IMG/VR virus record: IMGVR_UViG_3300022916_000006
Span: 1-64,000 of that record
DNA: 64,000 nucleotides
Strand: one strand, 5' to 3'
Source of the DNA: a virus
The notes beneath the pieces are model-generated. The model did not search any database. It had not been told where the DNA came from and was given only the letters and a program-made list of their open reading frames with translations. Position numbers and translations under genes: made by a program. Shown one piece after another: positions 58,724 through 64,000 of this stretch (its first letter is position 1; each line of letters opens with the position of its first letter).

Positions 58724-58751
58724 ATAAAACAAAAAAAGGATATATAATTAT

Positions 58752-58964
58752 ATGGAAAATGATGCAGTAGATGTCGGTCAAGTAGACTGGGAAAAAGAGA
58801 GATTTGGAATGGTGGATGAATCAACAATATTTTGGTTAAAACCAAGAGTTGGGCACTTAGAACCATCATTTAGAAAATTAGATGATAATCATGCAATGAA
58901 TTTAAGGAGTAGAGCTACGATACTATTACAGTATGATTCTACAATATATCTGAAAGAATATTAA
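58752..58964 (+). CDS. Hypothetical protein
   Basis: ORF with an AAGGA RBS. Confidence 0.6.
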   Translation: MENDAVDVGQVDWEKERFGMVDESTIFWLKPRVGHLEPSFRKLDDNHAMNLRSRATILLQYDSTIYLKEY

Positions 58965-58967
58965 ACA

Positions 58968-59498
58968 ATGTGTGATAATGGAGAAAAATTAAAACCAACG
59001 TTATTACCAATAAAATTACCAAATAAGCATCTACCATTAACCAAAGAGTTAATATTAGAAGCTCAAAGGCATACAAAATCTGGTGGAGCAGCCGCTAGAT
59101 TTCTTGGTGTTCATATTGTCACATATACAAAATATGCAAGAATATATGGAATATATGAATCACATAAAAATCAAAGTGGATTTGGAATTAGAAAAGGTAG
59201 AGCCGCACCAAAATTTGAAATGAGTAGAATATTCGATGGTGAACGACCACATAGATTTAATTGGAGATATTTTAAACGTAGATTGGTTGAAGAAGGATAT
59301 TTCAAAGAAGAATGTGGTATATGTGGATTCAATGAGATCAATTTAAATTCAGGTAGAGTGTGTCTTCATGTTGATACTGTGAATGGTGATCGTACTGATT
59401 TAGCATATGATAATGTAAGATTATTATGTCTTAATTGCTACGTGTCAAATAATGGATATTTACCAGCATCACCATTAAAGATATTTTGTGGTTGGTAA
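58968..59498 (+). CDS. HTH plus HNH-like protein with degenerate catalytic residues
   Basis: AAARFLGV HTH; CGICG...LHVDTVNGD...NVRLLCLNCY. Confidence 0.7.
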   Translation: MCDNGEKLKPTLLPIKLPNKHLPLTKELILEAQRHTKSGGAAARFLGVHIVTYTKYARIYGIYESHKNQSGFGIRKGRAAPKFEMSRIFDGERPHRFNWRYFKRRLVEEGYFKEECGICGFNEINLNSGRVCLHVDTVNGDRTDLAYDNVRLLCLNCYVSNNGYLPASPLKIFCGW

Positions 59499-59681
59499 AT
59501 GTTTAAAATCAATGATATGGTGCGAATTAAAATTGATGTATATATAAATAAGAAAAGAGTTTTAAAGTATGGTGATTTAGTTGTAATATTAGGTATGGGA
59601 TATCCAGATAAAGATTTATGTGTGGGTACCAGTGACGATAGAATATATTATATTGATGATTACCAAGTAGAAGAAGAATGA
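59499..59681 (+). CDS. Small SH3/KOW-like hypothetical protein
   Basis: MFKINDMVRIK...GDLVVI pattern. Confidence 0.55.
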   Translation: MFKINDMVRIKIDVYINKKRVLKYGDLVVILGMGYPDKDLCVGTSDDRIYYIDDYQVEEE

Positions 59682-59690
59682 GAAAGAAAA

Positions 59691-60065
59691 ATGATAAAGT
59701 TACAATTAGAGACTATTAGAAATATAATTCAACATTATGATGTGGAATGTTCTGTGATCATCACATCCAATGCAGATTTCTATGCTATGTACAATGTGGA
59801 CACAAACACTATTACGATATCGAGAGATGATAATAACTCAATAGCCAGATTAGTGAAATCACTATTGCATGAAATTCAACATGCAATCACTGCTAAAGAA
59901 CTTGGTAAAGAAAAATATAAAATTGATTATGAATTGGAAATGGAAGTGTTAATGCAAAAAGGATACTCTCATGAAAAAGCATATAAAAATAATAAATATG
60001 AGAAGATTGCCAACAAGTTTGCAAAAGATAATTTAAAAAAAATAAAAAAGTTGTTTTTTTATTGA
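59691..60065 (+). CDS. HExxH zinc metalloprotease-like protein
   Basis: SLLHEIQHA, with distal NKYEKIA. Confidence 0.7.
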   Translation: MIKLQLETIRNIIQHYDVECSVIITSNADFYAMYNVDTNTITISRDDNNSIARLVKSLLHEIQHAITAKELGKEKYKIDYELEMEVLMQKGYSHEKAYKNNKYEKIANKFAKDNLKKIKKLFFY

Positions 60066-60085
60066 GTAAATATGTTATAACTTTC
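60045..60085 (+). promoter_or_regulatory. Putative promoter for the AAA/vWA operon
   Basis: AT-rich tract followed by an extended -10-like TGTTATAAC (60073-60081). Confidence 0.45.
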
Positions 60086-60143
60086 ATTGCATGAAAAATT
60101 GAATAAAGATAAAATAGAGTTTTAAACAAAAAAGGAACCGTAA

Positions 60144-61271
60144 ATGAGAATAATCAAAACGACTGAATATGCTACCATACTGGAATTGTGCTACACTGCA
60201 AAACAGCCACTATTTATACAAGGTGGACCTGGAGTTGGTAAGAGTGAAATTCCACGACAAGTATTTTCTGAAATCGCTAAACGAGATAAACTTGAATTTG
60301 TCGAATGGGACAAATGCTCAAATGAGAAGAAGGCTAATTTATTTGTTAATCCAGATAAATATTTTGTATTTTGTGATCAGAGATTATCACAAATGGATAC
60401 GACTGATTTAGGTGGGCTACCAATGCCAAGTGAAGCAAAAGATCGACTGTTGAAAATTCCACAAGCGTGGATTGTTTATTTTTGTGATCAAAAATCAAAT
60501 GGTGTTATTTTCTTTGATGAAATTAACTTAGCACCACCTGTTGTTACTGGATCAGCATATCAGATCATTCTTGATAGATCAATGTCTGACATGAAATTAT
60601 CCGATAATGTTTATGTGATGGCTGCTGGAAATAGATCAGAAGATCAAGCGTTCACACATCAAATGCCATTGCCACTACGTGACCGATTTAATGAAATTGA
60701 AATACGACCTGATAAGAAATCTTGGGTTAGTTGGGCATCTAAAAATGGTGTGAATCCTCACTTGATTGCATTCATTAACTGGAAAGAAAGTTATCTATAC
60801 AAAGTTGATCAAAACGCATCAAATAAAAGTGTAACTCCTCGTGGTATTGTTCGGGCATCACATTTGCTTGGTGATTTGAATTTCTTGGGAAGTGTATCGA
60901 ATACAAAGAAAGCAAGATTGTATCTTGATATTTCTGTTGGTGAAGGATTCTCACAAGAGTTCATGGCTTACATCAAATATTACAAAAAACTCAAATGGGA
61001 TACTATTTACAAAAACCCAAAAGAAGCACTTGCTAAACTTGAACGAAATGAAATCTTTGCTGTTACTGGTGGATTGATTGAACATTACATGGGAACTAAA
61101 TACAGCACTGATCAAATCATCAATGTCATTAAGTACTTGGGATCAGAATTCTCAATCATGACACTACGAATGATTAAAGATACTGATGAAGCTAAATTTA
61201 TGAAAGTTGCATTGAAGAATAAAACTTTCATCTCTGAAATCACTGACGATATTAAAAAATACTTACTATAA
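60144..61271 (+). CDS. MoxR-like AAA+ ATPase
   Basis: Walker A GGPGVGKS, Walker B IFFDEINLA, AAGN, PLRDRF, TPRG. Confidence 0.9.
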   Translation: MRIIKTTEYATILELCYTAKQPLFIQGGPGVGKSEIPRQVFSEIAKRDKLEFVEWDKCSNEKKANLFVNPDKYFVFCDQRLSQMDTTDLGGLPMPSEAKDRLLKIPQAWIVYFCDQKSNGVIFFDEINLAPPVVTGSAYQIILDRSMSDMKLSDNVYVMAAGNRSEDQAFTHQMPLPLRDRFNEIEIRPDKKSWVSWASKNGVNPHLIAFINWKESYLYKVDQNASNKSVTPRGIVRASHLLGDLNFLGSVSNTKKARLYLDISVGEGFSQEFMAYIKYYKKLKWDTIYKNPKEALAKLERNEIFAVTGGLIEHYMGTKYSTDQIINVIKYLGSEFSIMTLRMIKDTDEAKFMKVALKNKTFISEITDDIKKYLL

Positions 61272-61304
61272 ATTTTAATATCAAAAAGCAAAAAGGAGAA
61301 GTGA

Positions 61305-62600
61305 GTGAGTAGTAATAATACAAGTCACACGTTAAATGCTGAAGACAGATTGCTTCGTGGTAAAATTAAACTACAACGTGAACAGCCATTTTATGCATAT
61401 CTATTACTGGGGTTGGAATGTGTTAAAAACAATAAAATTCCAACTGCTGGTGTTGATATGGGAAGACACATGTATTACAATGAGAAGTGGGTTCAAAACT
61501 TATCTGATGAACATTTAAAGTTTGTCCTATGTCATGAAATCTTACATGTTGTGTTGTGTCATTTGATTCGTGGTGGAACTAGAAAACATCGTTTATTTAA
61601 TATTGCGGCTGATATAGTTATAAATGCTATGTTGGTTGAAGATGGATTTTCTACACCACCAGACGTAATTCAAATTGTTGATAACAGATGGGAATACAAA
61701 GACGCAAAAGGCAAAAAACATTACATTGACAAGTGCTCAGAAAAATCATCAGAAGAAGTATATGATGAACTTCAAAAGATTTCTGAAGATATGGATGAAC
61801 GAGATGCACATTATAAATGTGATGGTAATTGTCAACCTGGTGATGGTGATGGTCAGTGTAAAGGTGGTGGTGAATGTACTTGTGGTAATGAATTTGGTGA
61901 TGTTGATCAATTTGATGAACACATGAGAGAATCAGGAATGTCACAAGATGAAATCGATGAAGCCAAAGAGGAGTTCAGAAGACAAATGGTTGAAGCCGCT
62001 ACCCATGCAAAAAGTAGAGGCAACATGCCAGGATCAATGAAACGAATCTTAGATGATTTGTTAAACCCTCAACTTGATTGGAAAACATTATTATATAATT
62101 ATATCACAAAAGATATAATATATGATTTCACAATGAAACGCCCAGGTAGAAGAAGCTTTGCGGCAGGAGTATATCTACCAACCGTATTGAGAGAAAATCT
62201 TGATATTGATATTACAATTGATACATCTGGTTCAATTGGTGCAGAAGAATATAAGTCATTCATGAGTGAAGTGATTGGTATTGCAAATGCATTTGAAAGT
62301 ATCAAAATGAACATTATCTTTTGGGATACTCAAGTTAGAGAACCAATTGAAAAAGTTACAATGGGAAACAAAGAGCATTTGTTAAAAATGACACCAAAAG
62401 GTGGTGGTGGAACTACAATGTCATGTCTTGGTAAATACTATGAAGGTAAACAATTACCAAAATTGATTGTCACCCTAACAGACGGATATGTTGAATGTAA
62501 TCCTAAATTACCAATGGGTGTACAACATCTGTTTGTGCTATCAAAAGATAGCTCAGATGAACAGCTTAAAGGTCTTGGAGTCATAACCAAGTTAAAATGA
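61305..62600 (+). CDS. vWA-domain protein with N-terminal metallopeptidase-like domain (DUF2201-type)
   Basis: TAGVD...YYN, CHEILHV..H, NIAADIVIN; MIDAS motif IDTSGSI, GGGGTTM, TLTDGY. Confidence 0.88.
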   Translation: MSSNNTSHTLNAEDRLLRGKIKLQREQPFYAYLLLGLECVKNNKIPTAGVDMGRHMYYNEKWVQNLSDEHLKFVLCHEILHVVLCHLIRGGTRKHRLFNIAADIVINAMLVEDGFSTPPDVIQIVDNRWEYKDAKGKKHYIDKCSEKSSEEVYDELQKISEDMDERDAHYKCDGNCQPGDGDGQCKGGGECTCGNEFGDVDQFDEHMRESGMSQDEIDEAKEEFRRQMVEAATHAKSRGNMPGSMKRILDDLLNPQLDWKTLLYNYITKDIIYDFTMKRPGRRSFAAGVYLPTVLRENLDIDITIDTSGSIGAEEYKSFMSEVIGIANAFESIKMNIIFWDTQVREPIEKVTMGNKEHLLKMTPKGGGGTTMSCLGKYYEGKQLPKLIVTLTDGYVECNPKLPMGVQHLFVLSKDSSDEQLKGLGVITKLK

Positions 62601-62953
62601 GCAAGTCAGATAAAAACAAAAATGATAATAAAACAAGATCATCAGGAACACCACCTGATGATCTTCTTCAACATATATTAAATTCTAAAACTACAGAATT
62701 GGATGATATTATCCTGCAATTACTGGGCACTGGAAAAATGAAAGATGATGATGAATTCTTTACTGTGTCGGATATTAATGTAGAACAATTTACACTTGAT
62801 GAAATTTTAGTCATGATAAAAGAGACATTACAAATAACATATGATACATCAAATAATGTAGTCAATATTAGTTTTAAAGGTGTTGATGCAAACAAATTCA
62901 ACAAACAAATTCAACAAAAATTAACAGCAGGTGCAGTGACTGATAAATTATAA
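62597..62953 (+). CDS. Hypothetical protein
   Basis: ATGA-coupled to the vWA gene. Confidence 0.65.
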   Translation: MSKSDKNKNDNKTRSSGTPPDDLLQHILNSKTTELDDIILQLLGTGKMKDDDEFFTVSDINVEQFTLDEILVMIKETLQITYDTSNNVVNISFKGVDANKFNKQIQQKLTAGAVTDKL

Positions 62954-62960
62954 TATAAAA

Positions 62961-62996
62961 TTACTTGATAGATGTTATGATTTAATCGTAATTTTA
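62961..62996 (+). promoter_or_regulatory. Putative sigma70-type promoter
   Basis: TTGATA (62965-70), 18-nt spacer, TAATTT (62989-94), in an intergenic gap. Confidence 0.5.
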
Positions 62997-63039
62997 AGTA
63001 GTTATGACAGATAAGAATTAAACAAAGGATAAAAATAAA

Positions 63040-63243
63040 ATGAATGAAATCACAGTACATTATTGGCATGGTACAAAATATGAAGATATCAATTTTAATC
63101 ATGGAGCAGTGTTTCCGTATACAGTTCGCAAACGAAATCAAATTATTAATGCAGTTCAAAATGCTGGAAAATCAATCATGTTAAGACCATCTGGTGATAG
63201 CTTACAGATATGGATTGATGATGGTATGTTTAGGCAGAGGTAG
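63040..63243 (+). CDS. Hypothetical protein
   Basis: AAGGA RBS; 67-aa ORF. Confidence 0.65.
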   Translation: MNEITVHYWHGTKYEDINFNHGAVFPYTVRKRNQIINAVQNAGKSIMLRPSGDSLQIWIDDGMFRQR

Positions 63244-63246
63244 ATT

Positions 63247-63681
63247 ATGAAAAACGATATAAGAAATGCCACAAGAGGAACACCATCAGAGATTAAACTG
63301 GTGCTATATACTCAACTTGGTATTATCGGATTATTGATGCTTGTTATATTTAAAATATCTGGTATTTTTACTGTTATATTTGGTGCAATAAGTGTGTATA
63401 TGGCGTTCGATGCATTGGTAATAATCATTAATGCAATATCTCAAAATAAAACAACTCCATCACATTCTAAAAATATATTTGATGATAGAGTTAGAGACTG
63501 TTATACTACAGGCATATCTAATAATACATTTTGGGTTATGACTTGGAGTAAAGTATTTATACTTCTATTTGCTGGTTGGTATTTTTATGCTGTTCTATGG
63601 TTAATCATTGGATGGGTGCATACTGAAGTTCGAAATACTGCAATTGAAAAATATGTCACAAAAACAAATAAAGGTAAATGA
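63247..63681 (+). CDS. Membrane protein
   Basis: Three to four hydrophobic segments. Confidence 0.7.
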   Translation: MKNDIRNATRGTPSEIKLVLYTQLGIIGLLMLVIFKISGIFTVIFGAISVYMAFDALVIIINAISQNKTTPSHSKNIFDDRVRDCYTTGISNNTFWVMTWSKVFILLFAGWYFYAVLWLIIGWVHTEVRNTAIEKYVTKTNKGK

Positions 63682-63685
63682 TATT

Positions 63686-64000
63686 ATGAAAGCTCGCTTA
63701 GTAACAAATCACGCTGTAGATTTTATATTAACTGCATTATTAATAACATTAATTGGTGCATTTGTGATATCAATGTTTGCTGGTGATCCAGATGATTCTG
63801 TATATGCTAATAGTCCTGAAACCATTTTACAACCAACAACACCAACAGATGTAAATGTGGTCACATATGATATGTCAATTGAAGTGACAAGACATAATGG
63901 TGATGTTGATACATTATCATATTCACATAGTACTAATAAATTATGGATTGATGGAAAAGGTGATCGTACATATTTAATGACATCATATCCAGAATCAGAA
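63686..64000 (+). CDS. Membrane-anchored protein, 3'-truncated by the window edge
   Basis: MKARLVTNHAVDFILTALLITLIGAFVISMFAG..., open to the end of the window. Confidence 0.65.
   Translation, partial: MKARLVTNHAVDFILTALLITLIGAFVISMFAGDPDDSVYANSPETILQPTTPTDVNVVTYDMSIEVTRHNGDVDTLSYSHSTNKLWIDGKGDRTYLMTSYPESE

Noticed and set aside
975-63159. All minus-strand ORFs and the nested alternative-frame plus-strand ORFs in the track (e.g. 975..1532, 3602..4285, 10685..11212, 34050..34277, 61336..61518, 61675..61926)
   Set aside because: They lie opposite or inside well-supported plus-strand genes, lack RBSs and motifs, and show the composition typical of shadow frames.
1-64000. Stop-codon reassignment, tRNA or rRNA genes
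   Set aside because: Conserved enzymes are full length in the standard code, intergenic gaps are short, and no cloverleaf or rRNA-like sequence was recognised.

Overview
A strongly AT-rich, densely coding window of a large tailed dsDNA phage with T4-like (myovirus) replication and tail genes. Every credible gene is on the + strand and reads in the standard code; the minus-strand ORFs in the track look like shadows. Order along the window: (1) 1-8.5 kb, virion/tail genes: two small paralogs with an MKLTESKL..IIKEEIQKL leader, a gp26-like tail chaperone with a probable U7 frameshift extension, tape measure, baseplate/LysM/hub. (2) 8.5-32.8 kb, replication and nucleotide metabolism: a PolA-like enzyme, SSB, RecA/UvsX, 5' exonuclease, DnaB/gp41 helicase, class II RNR, dUTPase, PolB, clamp and clamp loaders, interleaved with a 7-deazaguanine DNA-modification set (queD, queE, folE, queC, ArcS-like, dpdA), an embedded nuclease-like gene and a DNA methyltransferase whose C-terminus carries the same PIP-box-like motif as PolB. 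(3) 32.8-56.1 kb, a roughly 23 kb glycosylation island with many glycosyltransferases, gmd, fcl, two DegT aminotransferases, methyltransferases and unusual fusions, plus an HNH homing endonuclease that has duplicated the 5' end of gmd. (4) 56.1-58.3 kb, a tandem array of nine divergent small paralogs with conserved DNA junctions, and a tenth copy at 54.1 kb. (5) 58.3-64 kb, small genes, a degenerate HNH, a metalloprotease, an AAA+/vWA-metallopeptidase pair and membrane proteins. No tRNA, rRNA or CRISPR array was seen. All product calls come from recognising motifs by eye; no database search was run.
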